Positions 7,294-16,201 of a stretch of 32,000 nt of DNA are shown piece by piece; positions within the stretch are counted from its first letter, which is position 1, and each line of letters starts with the position of its first letter. Where the stretch lies: contig NC_008578.1 of the NCBI RefSeq assembly GCF_000015025.1, positions 60,001 to 92,000 of the forward strand. The letters are read 5' to 3'. A model generated the notes under the pieces. It did no database searches. It was not told where the DNA came from and worked only from the letters and a program-made list of their open reading frames with translations. Source of the stretch: Acidothermus cellulolyticus 11B (GTDB lineage Bacteria; Actinomycetota; Actinomycetes; Acidothermales; Acidothermaceae). The position numbers and the translations under genes are program-made.

Positions 7294-7696
7294 CCGGCCC
7301 GTCATTGGCGAGTTCGACCAGCATGTCGGCACCGAAGACGCCAGTCGCGACCTCAGCTCCTCGCCGGCGGAGTTCGGCTACGAACGCCTCGATGAGCGGT
7401 TCGGCTGTTGCTGCCGGTGCGGCGGCGTCCCACGATGGACGGCGGCCTTTACGGGTGTCGCCGTACAGGGTGAATTGGCTGACGACAAGAATCGGCGCGC
7501 CGGTTTGTGCGCACGACAACTCGCCGCGCAGGATGCGCAGCTCGTGCACCTTCACGGCGAGCGCGTGAGCCTGCCGCACGGTGTCGGTATGGGTGACGCC
7601 GACCAGGACAACAAGACCGGGTCGAGTTATTTGCCCGACGGTACGGCCGGATACGGTAACCCGCGCGTTGGTGACCCGCTGCACGACCGCCCGCAC
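7268..7696 (-). CDS. dtd: D-aminoacyl-tRNA deacylase
   Basis: 142 aa from GTG 7696: VRAVVQRV...[17 protein letters not shown]...[20 protein letters not shown], the canonical Dtd pattern. Converges on and overlaps ygfZ by 26 nt. Confidence 0.9.
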   Translation of the reverse strand: MRAVVQRVTNARVTVSGRTVGQITRPGLVVLVGVTHTDTVRQAHALAVKVHELRILRGELSCAQTGAPILVVSQFTLYGDTRKGRRPSWDAAAPAATAEPLIEAFVAELRRRGAEVATGVFGADMLVELANDGPVTLVLDVD

Positions 7697-7806
7697 AGCC
7701 CTATGCTGCCATGCCCGGTGACGGGTGGATCGCCGTGAGACGGGCGCCGTTGCGTCTGATGCGCGTGAGCGGCCCGCGAGCCCGATCCGCCGTCCGGGGG
7801 CAGTGT

Positions 7807-10503
7807 TCAGCGGCCGAAGAGTCCCCGCTTTTTCTTTGTCGTGGCCGGCCGGGGCTGAACGACGGGTCGCGGCGGAGGCGCCGGTGCAGGATCGTCGAGG
7901 CCGAGGCTGGACAGTTCGCGCAGCAGTGACGCGGTGTCGGTCAGTTCCCGGGACACGATCGGCGCGGGCGGTTCCGGTGCGGGTGCGGGTTCGTCTGGCG
8001 GCTCGTCCTGGCTGGGCTGCGGCAATTCCGTCGCACCCGTCCGACTGAATTCCGAGAGCATCGCGGTCGCCGCGGCAAGATAGCTGGTGTCGGGAAATCC
8101 GGCGCTCTGTGGTTCGGTTCCGGCCGGGCCTGCGGCTGGCGTGACTGCGGGGCCGGCCGCCGCGGGTGCCGGGCTGTATTCCGGCGGTGTCCACGCCGCC
8201 GGAAATTGCGCCGGCTCGACCGGCGGAGCATATCCGCTGTGTCCAGAGGGCGGGAATTCCGCCGCGGTCTGGTGCACAGGCGACGTGCCATGCGGGTCAA
8301 GGCTGGTTAGCGGGACGCCGCTGGGCGGTACCTGCGCAGCCGGCGAACCGATGCCGGGTGTTTCCGGCGGGACCGTCACGGCGTATTCCTCAGCAACAAT
8401 GGGAGGAATCGCAGTTCCCCGTTCATCGGCGACTGGCGGCGCCGTGGCGGCGGAGTCGTCAGCGAATGGTGAAAGCTCGGGAGTGAATTCCGCTGGCGGC
8501 GGCGTAACGGCGAACTCGCCGGCTGTTGCCGGCGGCGTGGCAGTGAATTCGGCGGCTGTCGCCGGCGGCGTAACGGCGAATTCCTGCTCGGTTGACGGAA
8601 ATGCGCCGGCAAGAGGCGCATCGTCAGCAGACCGTTCGGATTCGGAGGTGTCTGCGGTGACGTCAGCGGCCGCAATCTCCGCCGGCGCGCTCGGAAGGGT
8701 GAGGGTGAATTCCATCGGTGCACCGGCGGCAAGACCATCGAGACGGGGAGGTTCGACGCCGGTCTCGCCCGGCGGAGAAACGTCCATCGCACCGAGACTC
8801 TCTGCGGCGACCGACGGTTCGTCCGGAGTCTCCGCGGTGACCGCCGGTTCGTCCGGAATCCCCACGGCGACCGAGGGTGCGTCGGTCCGTTCTGCGGCGA
8901 CCGACGGTTCGACCGCCGTCTCCGTGGCCGCCGACGCTGTCGGCGCGTCCGCTAATGCCGTGGCGTTGGCCGACGGTGATTCCCACTCGGCGTTCGCGTC
9001 AGCTTCCGTCCGATCTGTCTCCTCGGCCGACTGGACGCCGGCCGAGAGCAACGCCTCCGCCCGCAGCAGGCGTTCCTTCTCACGCCGCGCCGCTTCGCGC
9101 CGCGCCCTCAAGTCGACGACTTCGGCAAGATGCTCGGCCCGGCGTAGTGCCTCGGCTTCCGCTTGTGCTCGAGCCAATTCCTCCGCTGCGGCCTGCCGAA
9201 TCCGCTCACGCCGCAGCTCTTCCTCAGTCGGGCCTGACGGCGGTGGGGGCGGCGGCGGCGCGGGCGGTCGGATTCGCACGTCTTCCGGTACATCGAAGGG
9301 ATCGACGAAGTTCTCCATCGATGCCGTGGGTCCAAGCACTTGCGACAACGCTGCGGAGACCCGGGCGAGCGGCCATTCGTCATCCAAGGCCAAGGTGTCC
9401 GGTGTGACAGCAGCCGGGCTCGCGTCCGCCGTTCCGCTCGGCAAGGCGTCTGCCGAGGCGGTCGCCACGTCGTCCATTGCCGCGTTCGCCACGGCCTCCG
9501 CTGAGGCGCTTGGTGCGTCATCCGTTGTCGCACGTGCCACGTCGTCCGTCGCCGGACTCCCGAATGTTTCGGCGGTTGCCGGATCGCTGACAGTTTCCGT
9601 CTGGATGCGGTCGTCTGCGTTAGCCGTCGGTGTCTCGCGGCTGGCGAAGGCCGCCGCCAACGCGGCGACCCGAGCGGCCAGACTCTCGTCGCCGTGCCCG
9701 TCTTCGTCCGCGGTGGTCGGCTCCGCGGTCTCCTCGGCGACCCCGAGTGTTCCGGCCGGTTCGTCCAAGCGGCGTGCCTGATCGTCTTCTGGCGCAAGCT
9801 CCTCTTCTACATCGACCAGACCGGCCTGGACGAGATTACGGATGATGGTTCCGGCTTCCAGCAAGGTGAAACCGCACTCCCGGGCCAGATCGGCCACGGT
9901 CCGCTCCCCGTCGATTTTGCAGAGCACCGACCATGTATCGGGATCCAACGTGACGTTTGCTTCTCCGCCGCGCGGGGCGAGCACCGGGACGGCGTGTGGT
10001 CCGTGCACCGCCGCGACGACGTCCGCCCAGGCTTGCCGGCGTCGCGCAACTTCGGCGAGCAAGTCGGCAACCGAAGTCGGCGGAGCGACGTCCTCTCGAG
10101 TCTTCTCGCCCTTGCGGAACCGCCAGCGGCCCGACGTCCAGGTCATCAGGTCGGTGAAGCCGTCCCGCAGCTGCTCGAGAACGAAGGCCTCGACGACCTC
10201 CCGTTCGACAAATCCCAGGTGGACGAGAAGCTCCCCCAGCCGCCAGCCCTGCAGTTCCGTGCGCTGCACCTCGAGCGCTTCCGCCAGGTCCTCGGGAACG
10301 AGCACATTGCTCGAGATCAACCGGGCGCCGAGCTGTGGACGCCGTCCAGGCACGGACACCGCGTAGACGAGGCCGTTCTTCAAATAGACGAGCGCTTCGT
10401 CCCCTGAATCATCGACGACATGCAGGCAACCGGTCGCCTGCTGCTCCGCCAAGGCGGTGAGCACCTCGTCCAGTGCGACGCTGCTCAGGTCGCCTTTGAG
10501 CAC
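7807..10503 (-). CDS. DUF4388 (PATAN)-domain protein with ~650-aa Ala/Pro/Thr/Glu-rich repeat region and basic C-terminal tail
   Basis: 898-aa ORF with GTG 10503 and GAGGAGG 7 nt upstream. N-terminal ~240 aa ([26 protein letters not shown]...) matches the DUF4388 pattern. Contains a poly-Pro stretch, a charged coiled-coil stretch, in-frame tandem repeats, and ends KKKRGLFGR. Confidence 0.8.
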   Translation of the reverse strand: MLKGDLSSVALDEVLTALAEQQATGCLHVVDDSGDEALVYLKNGLVYAVSVPGRRPQLGARLISSNVLVPEDLAEALEVQRTELQGWRLGELLVHLGFVEREVVEAFVLEQLRDGFTDLMTWTSGRWRFRKGEKTREDVAPPTSVADLLAEVARRRQAWADVVAAVHGPHAVPVLAPRGGEANVTLDPDTWSVLCKIDGERTVADLARECGFTLLEAGTIIRNLVQAGLVDVEEELAPEDDQARRLDEPAGTLGVAEETAEPTTADEDGHGDESLAARVAALAAAFASRETPTANADDRIQTETVSDPATAETFGSPATDDVARATTDDAPSASAEAVANAAMDDVATASADALPSGTADASPAAVTPDTLALDDEWPLARVSAALSQVLGPTASMENFVDPFDVPEDVRIRPPAPPPPPPPSGPTEEELRRERIRQAAAEELARAQAEAEALRRAEHLAEVVDLRARREAARREKERLLRAEALLSAGVQSAEETDRTEADANAEWESPSANATALADAPTASAATETAVEPSVAAERTDAPSVAVGIPDEPAVTAETPDEPSVAAESLGAMDVSPPGETGVEPPRLDGLAAGAPMEFTLTLPSAPAEIAAADVTADTSESERSADDAPLAGAFPSTEQEFAVTPPATAAEFTATPPATAGEFAVTPPPAEFTPELSPFADDSAATAPPVADERGTAIPPIVAEEYAVTVPPETPGIGSPAAQVPPSGVPLTSLDPHGTSPVHQTAAEFPPSGHSGYAPPVEPAQFPAAWTPPEYSPAPAAAGPAVTPAAGPAGTEPQSAGFPDTSYLAAATAMLSEFSRTGATELPQPSQDEPPDEPAPAPEPPAPIVSRELTDTASLLRELSSLGLDDPAPAPPPRPVVQPRPATTKKKRGLFGR
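8485..8583 (-). repeat. in-frame tandem repeat, 27-33-nt units (peptide EF(A/T)(V/A)TPPATA)
   Basis: Units begin at 8485, 8512, 8545 and 8578 (GAATTC/GAACTC-initiated on the + strand), inside the DUF4388 gene. Confidence 0.85.
8801..8920 (-). repeat. in-frame tandem repeat, 4 x 30 nt (peptide ~PDEP(A/S)V(T/A)AE(T/S))
   Basis: Units at 8801-8830, 8831-8860, 8861-8890 and 8891-8920. The first and fourth units are identical over 21 nt. Confidence 0.85.
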
Positions 10504-10758
10504 CTGGCGACCTCCTCATCAACCGGATGACGTACGCGACCGGCTCCGCGTTACCGAATGCGGGTCCCTGCTCCGTTGGCATCGGCAGGCGGCGGCTCGC
10601 CATTGAGCCGTCCGGACCAATCCGCCCTGCCCAGTTTTGGCCTCGAATCGGTATCTGATCGCACCAAGATGCCGTCGGCGTGACACGATAGGCGCACGGG
10701 GATGTGCTCTCCGTGCTCTTCGGGTGGGGGCGGAGTGGTCCTGGCGTGGAGGTGTCAG

Positions 10759-11334
10759 GTGGCGGACGACGGTCCTCGGCCGCGTGGTGGCAATCGGCGC
10801 ATCGATCGGGTGTTGTCGCCGGAGTACCTGGAGGGTCTCAGCGAGCGATCCCTGGAAGAGATTCGTGAGCTGCGGCGGGCGGCCGAAGAAGAAGAAGCGG
10901 ATCTCTCCTACCTGCGGAAACTGTTGCAGGGTCGGATGGACATCATCGAGGCCGAGCTGGCTCGCCGGCAGGGGGAGCTTGAGGAGACTGCATCGATCTT
11001 GGAAGAGCTGCCGAGGATTCTTGCGGACGAACCGACGACGCCGCATGGCCTGGGCCGACACTTGAGCATCGGGCCGTCGCGCATTACCGAGCATCGCCGT
11101 CTGGTGGAGCGACTGATCGCCGATTCGGATCTCTCCGCGTTGGCGGGGCGTACGTCGGATCAGTTGCGCGCGACGCTGGCTCGTTTCGCGGAGCACGAGC
11201 GTGTCATCTCTGAGCAACGACGGGCAGTGCAAGCGGTCATCGACGCGTGCGCTGCCGAGATCGCCCGTCGCTACCGGGATGGTGAAGCGCAGGTGGAGGC
11301 GCTGCTGCACCACCATCTTGAGGGCGACCGCTGA
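10759..11334 (+). CDS. rsiG: RsiG-family c-di-GMP-binding anti-sigma factor (WhiG-type partner expected elsewhere)
   Basis: GTG 10759 with GGAGG 7-8 nt upstream. Two exact E-x3-S-x2-R-x3-Q-x3-D motifs: EADLSYLRKLLQGRMD (10894-10941) and ERVISEQRRAVQAVID (11197-11244), on predicted helices. Confidence 0.75.
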   Translation: MADDGPRPRGGNRRIDRVLSPEYLEGLSERSLEEIRELRRAAEEEEADLSYLRKLLQGRMDIIEAELARRQGELEETASILEELPRILADEPTTPHGLGRHLSIGPSRITEHRRLVERLIADSDLSALAGRTSDQLRATLARFAEHERVISEQRRAVQAVIDACAAEIARRYRDGEAQVEALLHHHLEGDR

Positions 11335-11405
11335 TACCCGGCCGCTGATCCCGAGCTGGAGCTGCGGTCGCGTCACTGCCGTGGCCGTCGTTAACCCCGC
11401 CGGAC

Positions 11406-13028
11406 TCAGCCTGCCGGGCAGCTCGCGCCGGCCGGCGGCAGACGGAGATCGATGAGATAGGCGTCGACGTAGTCGGTGACGCACGTCGTCTTCGGATACG
11501 CGGTGTGTCCTTCGCCGTTCCAGACGAGCAGATGTCCCGAACCGAGGAGCCGGGCGAGGTGTTCCGCACCCGAGATCGGGGTGGCTGGATCTCCGGTGGT
11601 GCCGATGACCAGGATCGGCGGAGCGCCGTGATCACCGATGGTGATGGGCGTATCGGGCGGCGCCTTCCAGAGACTGCAGAAGCCGAGGCCGGCGGCCGCC
11701 GCCCCGCCGAAGAGCGGATTGTCCGCCCGCCAGACCGGGGCGAGCGCCTCCGCCTGCTGGACGGTCGGCCGCTGCGTGGTATCGGCGCAGCTGATTGCCG
11801 CGTTCGCGTCTTCAATGTTGGTGTAACTGCCGTCTGGATTCCGCTCGTTGTATTCGTCATCCAACGCGAGGATTCCCGATCCGTCGCCGTGGGCGGCGTC
11901 GACAAGGGCACGGGTGAGTCTGCTCCACTGCGATTCGTTGTACAGGGCGGAAATCACCGCGAGCAGCACGGCCTGATCCTTGACGACCCGGTGGTCCCTG
12001 GTATTTCCGCTCGGGATTGGATGGCCGGCCGCGCGATGCATCAACGCCTCGACGTACCCGGCGGGATCCTTCCCCAGCGGACACGCGTGCGCAACGCAAT
12101 CCGCTGCGTAATGCTGAAACGCCAGGGCAAAACCGGCGGCCTGGGCGCGGGTCTGCTCCACGGTGGAGAGCGTGGGGTCCACCGCCCCGTCCAGCACCAA
12201 AGCCCGCACCCGGTCGGGATATGCCGACGCGTACTCGGCGCCGAGCAGCGTGCCGTACGAATAACCGAGATACGTGAGCTTGGCATCGCCGAGTTTGGCC
12301 CGTAATGCCTCGAGGTCCCGGACGGTCTCCGTTGTGGAAAAGAAAGTCAAGGTCGTGCCGTATTTCGCGTAACACTCATCGGCGACCCGGCGGTCTTCGT
12401 TGATTTCTAATTGCCACTGCGCGCTGGTGGTAGGGTCGGCCGGCAATTCGAGCTCGGCGTCCTTCTCGGTGTCCGGTATGCAGCGGAGCGGCGACGAGAG
12501 CCCGACTCCGCGGGGATCGAAGCCGATGATGTCGAAGCGCTGGAGAATTTCAGCCGGAAATTCGGAAACAGCCAGCTCGATAGCGGCTTCGACACCGGAC
12601 GCACCGGGCCCGCCGGGATTGATGACGAGTGAACCGATGCGGTCGCGTTGATTCGTCGCGCGGATCCGTACGACGGTGATACTGACCGTTTTCCCGTTGC
12701 GCGGATGGGCCCAGTCGAGCGGCACGGTGAGTACCGCCCGCGCAAAGGTGAGGTTGCGGGGAGCGGCCGAGCCGAGAGCCTCCCGGATGCGCGTCGTGAT
12801 GTCAGTGAACGACAGATCGCTGGCGAACGCCGCGGGATCCGCAGTCGGATCGGCTGGTGCGCTCGCCTCGGGCGTCGCAGCAGAGGAGGCCACCTGCTGC
12901 GGGGTGCTTGACGCCGACAGCACTGAACCGACGGGATGACGCGGTGGACTCACCGTGCACGCCGTGAGCATCGTCAGGCCCGCGAGGCCGAGAACGAGGA
13001 GCCTGGTGGCACGTTCCGGCGTATGCAT
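11406..13028 (-). CDS. secreted/lipoprotein alpha/beta hydrolase, tripeptidyl-aminopeptidase (SlpD/Hip1-like) family
   Basis: ATG 13028 (GGAGA upstream). Lipobox LTMLTAC, nucleophile elbow GYSYG, C-terminal GEGHTAY. The 51 codons upstream in the track ORF were rejected. Confidence 0.85.
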   Translation of the reverse strand: MHTPERATRLLVLGLAGLTMLTACTVSPPRHPVGSVLSASSTPQQVASSAATPEASAPADPTADPAAFASDLSFTDITTRIREALGSAAPRNLTFARAVLTVPLDWAHPRNGKTVSITVVRIRATNQRDRIGSLVINPGGPGASGVEAAIELAVSEFPAEILQRFDIIGFDPRGVGLSSPLRCIPDTEKDAELELPADPTTSAQWQLEINEDRRVADECYAKYGTTLTFFSTTETVRDLEALRAKLGDAKLTYLGYSYGTLLGAEYASAYPDRVRALVLDGAVDPTLSTVEQTRAQAAGFALAFQHYAADCVAHACPLGKDPAGYVEALMHRAAGHPIPSGNTRDHRVVKDQAVLLAVISALYNESQWSRLTRALVDAAHGDGSGILALDDEYNERNPDGSYTNIEDANAAISCADTTQRPTVQQAEALAPVWRADNPLFGGAAAAGLGFCSLWKAPPDTPITIGDHGAPPILVIGTTGDPATPISGAEHLARLLGSGHLLVWNGEGHTAYPKTTCVTDYVDAYLIDLRLPPAGASCPAG

Positions 13029-13110
13029 CGGGCCGCTCTCCGTCTCTCGACCGATTCCGTGGTGCCGACAGGCTAACGAGTGTGGCCGGCGTCCGGTGCC
13101 CCTTGCCGGC

Positions 13111-13182
13111 CTTGCAGGGTGCAGCCGGCCGGCGCTTGCATGGCCTTGGCGGGTGCTTCCAGCGGGCGCTTGCATGTGCAAG
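13111..13182. promoter_or_regulatory. CTTGCA repeat cluster / candidate operator in the divergent hydrolase-XRE spacer
   Basis: CTTGCA at 13111, 13135 and 13169. GGCGCTTGCATG occurs twice (13131, 13165). Inverted repeat CTTGCA-TG-TGCAAG at 13169-13182. Confidence 0.35.
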
Positions 13183-13204
13183 CACCATGCGGAAGACTGG
13201 CCGC

Positions 13205-13888
13205 ATGGCCACTCCTTTCAACATCGGCGATTTCATCCGCGAGCAGCGCCGGCTGGCCCAGATGTCGCTTCGGCAGCTTGCCCGGATCGCGGGTGTCTCC
13301 AACCCCTACCTCAGTCAGGTCGAGCGTGGACTTCGCCGTCCGAGCGCCGAGATCCTGCAGCAGATCGCGCGCGGTCTGCGCATCTCCGCAGAAGCCTTGT
13401 ACGTGCGGGCGGGAATCCTCGACGAGCGCACCGCGGACGGCGCCGTGGTCGATGCGGTCCTGGCTGACCCGCATCTCCTCGAGCGGCAGAAACAGACGCT
13501 GCTGGAGATTTACGACGCATTCCGTAAGGAGAACAGCCGACGCGCTGCTGACACGTCGGCTGCTCGCGCGTCGTCCGAGCCGGCGGCGTCCGCTGCGGAT
13601 CGGCCGTCGGTGAACGCGTTCGCCGGCATCGTCGATGACGTCGCCGAGGACGGCGGGGACGTTGCGGAGTCCGCGGTTTCCGGCACCGACCAGCGGGCAG
13701 CCGCCCGCTCCGCCGCGGATGCGCCGCCCGGCGAATCCGCTCTGGGAGGGCGGACGCCCGGTGCGGGTGGGCGGCCGTCGGCTGCGGGAGGGCGGATGTC
13801 GGGCCGGCCCGGCACCACTCGCCCGCGGCCGGCGGGCTCCCGGCGGACCGGCGATCGCGAGGAGGGGCCGGTCGATGGGCGTGCGTGA
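13205..13888 (+). CDS. XRE-family HTH transcriptional regulator with long disordered C-terminal tail
   Basis: HTH SLRQLARIAGVSNPYLSQVERG. Start at ATG 13205 (GGAAG 9 nt upstream); ATG 13187 is an in-frame alternative. Sits next to an HbhA-like gene, as in mycobacteria from memory. Confidence 0.8.
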   Translation: MATPFNIGDFIREQRRLAQMSLRQLARIAGVSNPYLSQVERGLRRPSAEILQQIARGLRISAEALYVRAGILDERTADGAVVDAVLADPHLLERQKQTLLEIYDAFRKENSRRAADTSAARASSEPAASAADRPSVNAFAGIVDDVAEDGGDVAESAVSGTDQRAAARSAADAPPGESALGGRTPGAGGRPSAAGGRMSGRPGTTRPRPAGSRRTGDREEGPVDGRA

Positions 13889-14375
13889 CGATTTCTTGCG
13901 TCGGTTGCGGCGCACGATCGGCGACCAACCAACGTATCTTCTCGTCGGTGCTGCGGATTTTGTCGCCGAGCAGGCCCGTCGCACTGTGCAGGATTTACCG
14001 AACACGGTGACGGGGTGGCAGGAGCGGTACCGTGACGCACCGATGCGGGCCGCGGGACTCCTCGTCGGCCAGGCCGCACGGATCACCTTGCGGGCTGGGC
14101 AGGTCTACGACGAGCTGACCCGCCGCGGCCGGCGGGTGGTGGACGGCGAGGATGCGGTCCAGACCGAGGCGGGCGCGGAGGCTGAGGAGGACGAGCCGTT
14201 CGTCCGGGAGCCGTTCATGCCGGAACCGTTGCACCCGCCGGCCGGTCGGTCGGGACGGTCCGGAAACGCGACGCGATCGGGCGCTCGATCCCGCTCGGCA
14301 TCGCGTCCGAAAGGCTCGACGTCCGGTTCTCCCAGCAACACACGCCGGGGGAAGGCCGCGTCGTCCGGATCGTAA
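13875..14375 (+). CDS. HbhA-like (heparin-binding hemagglutinin family) protein with basic Arg/Ser-rich tail
   Basis: ATG 13875 with GGAGGGG 7 nt upstream, overlapping the XRE gene end by 14 nt. YLLVGAADFVAEQARR and YDELTRRGRRVV resemble HbhA helices from memory. The functional call is tentative. Confidence 0.5.
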   Translation: MGVRDDFLRRLRRTIGDQPTYLLVGAADFVAEQARRTVQDLPNTVTGWQERYRDAPMRAAGLLVGQAARITLRAGQVYDELTRRGRRVVDGEDAVQTEAGAEAEEDEPFVREPFMPEPLHPPAGRSGRSGNATRSGARSRSASRPKGSTSGSPSNTRRGKAASSGS

Positions 14376-14384
14376 GGTGGCCGT

Positions 14385-15356
14385 ATGGCGGAGATGACCT
14401 ATCGGCAACTGGGCGCAAGTGGACTGACCGTCTCGACTGTCGGTTTGGGCTGCAACAACATTGGACGTCGGCTTGACAAGGACGCCACGGCGCGGTTGGT
14501 GGACGCTGCGTTGGACGCCGGAATTACGCTCTTCGACACCGCCGACGTGTACGGCGCCGAACCGGGTGCCTCGGAAGAGATTCTCGGCGACGTTTTGAGC
14601 GGACGCCGCGGGCAGGTCGTGCTGGCCACCAAATTCGGGAAGCCGATGCGCGGAAAAGTTTTGCCCGAACCGGTTGCCCGAGGCTCTCGACGGTACATTC
14701 GAGCGGCGGTCGAGGGGTCGCTGCGCAGACTCCGCACCGATTACATCGATCTGTATCAGATGCATGAACCGGATCCGCGGACGCCGATCGAGGAGACGCT
14801 TCAAGCGCTGCATGAACTCGTCATCGAGGGGAAGGTCCGTTATATCGGCTCATCGAATTTCGCCGCTTGGCAGATCGTGGACGCCGACTGGGTGGCGCGC
14901 AGCGCAGGGACAGAGCGTTTCATCAGCGCGCAGAACGAATACAGCCTGCTCCGTCGCGATGTCGAAGCCGATGTCGTTCCGGCCTGCGAGCATCTCGGCG
15001 TCGGGTTGCTGCCCTATTATCCGCTCGCCAATGGCTTGCTGACTGGAAAGTACCGCCGCGGAGAGCGGCCGTCGGAAGGGCGGCTTGCAGAACCCGGCCG
15101 TGAGTCCGATCTCGCTGCCGCGCCGTGGGACGTCATCGATGCCTTGGAAGACTTCGCAAAGCGCCGGGGCATCGGCCTCCTCGACGTCGCGATCGGCGGG
15201 TTGGCCGCCCAGCCTGCGGTGGCCAGCGTCATCGCCGGGGCGACCCGGCCGGAGCAGGTGCGGGCCAATGCCCAGGCGGGATTATGGGAGCCCGACGCCG
15301 CCGATCTCGCTGAACTCGATCAGATCACCGGCGGGTTCACCGGGCGCTCGGTATGA
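14385..15356 (+). CDS. aldo/keto reductase
   Basis: 323 aa: YRQLGASGLTVSTVGLGCNNIG, FDTADVYG, and DLYQMHEPD-type AKR motifs. AAGGTGG SD upstream. Confidence 0.9.
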   Translation: MAEMTYRQLGASGLTVSTVGLGCNNIGRRLDKDATARLVDAALDAGITLFDTADVYGAEPGASEEILGDVLSGRRGQVVLATKFGKPMRGKVLPEPVARGSRRYIRAAVEGSLRRLRTDYIDLYQMHEPDPRTPIEETLQALHELVIEGKVRYIGSSNFAAWQIVDADWVARSAGTERFISAQNEYSLLRRDVEADVVPACEHLGVGLLPYYPLANGLLTGKYRRGERPSEGRLAEPGRESDLAAAPWDVIDALEDFAKRRGIGLLDVAIGGLAAQPAVASVIAGATRPEQVRANAQAGLWEPDAADLAELDQITGGFTGRSV

Positions 15357-15363
15357 TCCAGGC

Positions 15364-15645
15364 ATGAGCATTCTGCTTGCCCCGCTGGCACTGTTCTTCC
15401 TGCTCGTGCGGTTGGCCGCGCTCGTCGCCGGAATCGTCGCGCTCATTGATGCCGCCATGACACCGGCGGGTGCATTCGTGGCGGCCGGCAAGGCGACCAA
15501 GCAGGTCTGGGTGACGATTCTCGCCGTCACCCTAGCGGTTCTCCTGATCTTCTCGTTCATCAGCTTCTTTGCACTTGCGGCGGTCGTTGCCGTCATCGTC
15601 TATTTCGTGGACGCGCGGCCGGCGTTGCGGAGGGCTCGCCAGTAG
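15364..15645 (+). CDS. DUF2516-family small membrane protein
   Basis: 93 aa from ATG 15364 with three hydrophobic helices, including AAGKATKQVWVTILAV. The upstream part of the track ORF overlaps the AKR gene. Confidence 0.7.
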   Translation: MSILLAPLALFFLLVRLAALVAGIVALIDAAMTPAGAFVAAGKATKQVWVTILAVTLAVLLIFSFISFFALAAVVAVIVYFVDARPALRRARQ

Positions 15646-15667
15646 GACGCCGAGGCGGAGCGTCGGA

Positions 15668-16201
15668 ATGGTCCGCATCCAGGTGGTCCGCGGGGACATC
15701 ACCACCCAAGACGTCGACGCGATCGTCAATGCGGCCAATTCGTCGTTGCTCGGCGGCGGCGGGGTCGACGGTGCCATTCACCGGCGCGGCGGGCCGGAGA
15801 TACTTGCAGCCTGCCGGGAATTGCGCGCCACGAAATATCCGGAGGGCCTGCCGGCCGGTCAGGCCGCGGCCACCACCGCCGGGCGATTGCCGGCGAAATG
15901 GGTTATCCACGCCGTCGGCCCGGTGTATTCCCGCCGTGAGGATCGGTCGCATGTGTTGGCTTCCGCCTACCGTGAGGCACTGCGGGTCGCGGATGAACTG
16001 GGCGCTCAGACGGTTGCGTTTCCGGCGATTTCCGCGGGCATTTACGGATGGCCTGCTGATGACGCCGCCCGAATCGCCGTTCGCACCGTCCGGGGGACAC
16101 CGACCACGTCGGTCCGCGAGGTGCGGTTCGTCGCGTTCACTGACGAGGTTTACGACGCGTTCGTCGACGCCGTAGGCCAGGGCACTTCCGGCGAGGGGTA
16201 G
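15668..16201 (+). CDS. macro-domain protein (O-acetyl-ADP-ribose deacetylase/YmdB-like)
   Basis: 177 aa: RGDITTQDVDAIVNAANSSLLGGGGVDGAIHRRGG, and SAGIYGWP. Confidence 0.9.
   Translation: MVRIQVVRGDITTQDVDAIVNAANSSLLGGGGVDGAIHRRGGPEILAACRELRATKYPEGLPAGQAAATTAGRLPAKWVIHAVGPVYSRREDRSHVLASAYREALRVADELGAQTVAFPAISAGIYGWPADDAARIAVRTVRGTPTTSVREVRFVAFTDEVYDAFVDAVGQGTSGEG

Noticed and set aside
7697-8194. Upstream extension of the dtd track ORF (308 aa)
   Set aside because: Dtd homology (VRAVVQRV...) starts at GTG 7696. The extension overlaps the 3' end of the DUF4388 gene and is R/P/T-rich.
8485-8920. Periodic 27-33-nt repeats as a possible CRISPR array
   Set aside because: The repeats are contiguous with no unique spacers, are in frame, and lie inside a long ORF. 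They encode peptide repeats.
8087-9781. 564-aa plus-strand ORF (Ser/Ala/Gly-rich)
   Set aside because: It lies exactly antisense to the Ala/Pro/Thr/Glu-rich part of the 898-aa DUF4388 gene. It has extreme low complexity and no start context, which is typical of a shadow ORF in high-GC DNA.
16150-16201. 52-nt convergent overlap of the macro-domain and GH20 genes as a sign of a frameshift or pseudogene
   Set aside because: Both ORFs are intact with full-length family motifs up to their ends. Convergent 3' overlaps also occur at ygfZ/dtd (26 nt) and rlmB/DUF4032 (9 nt), so this looks like normal compact gene packing.
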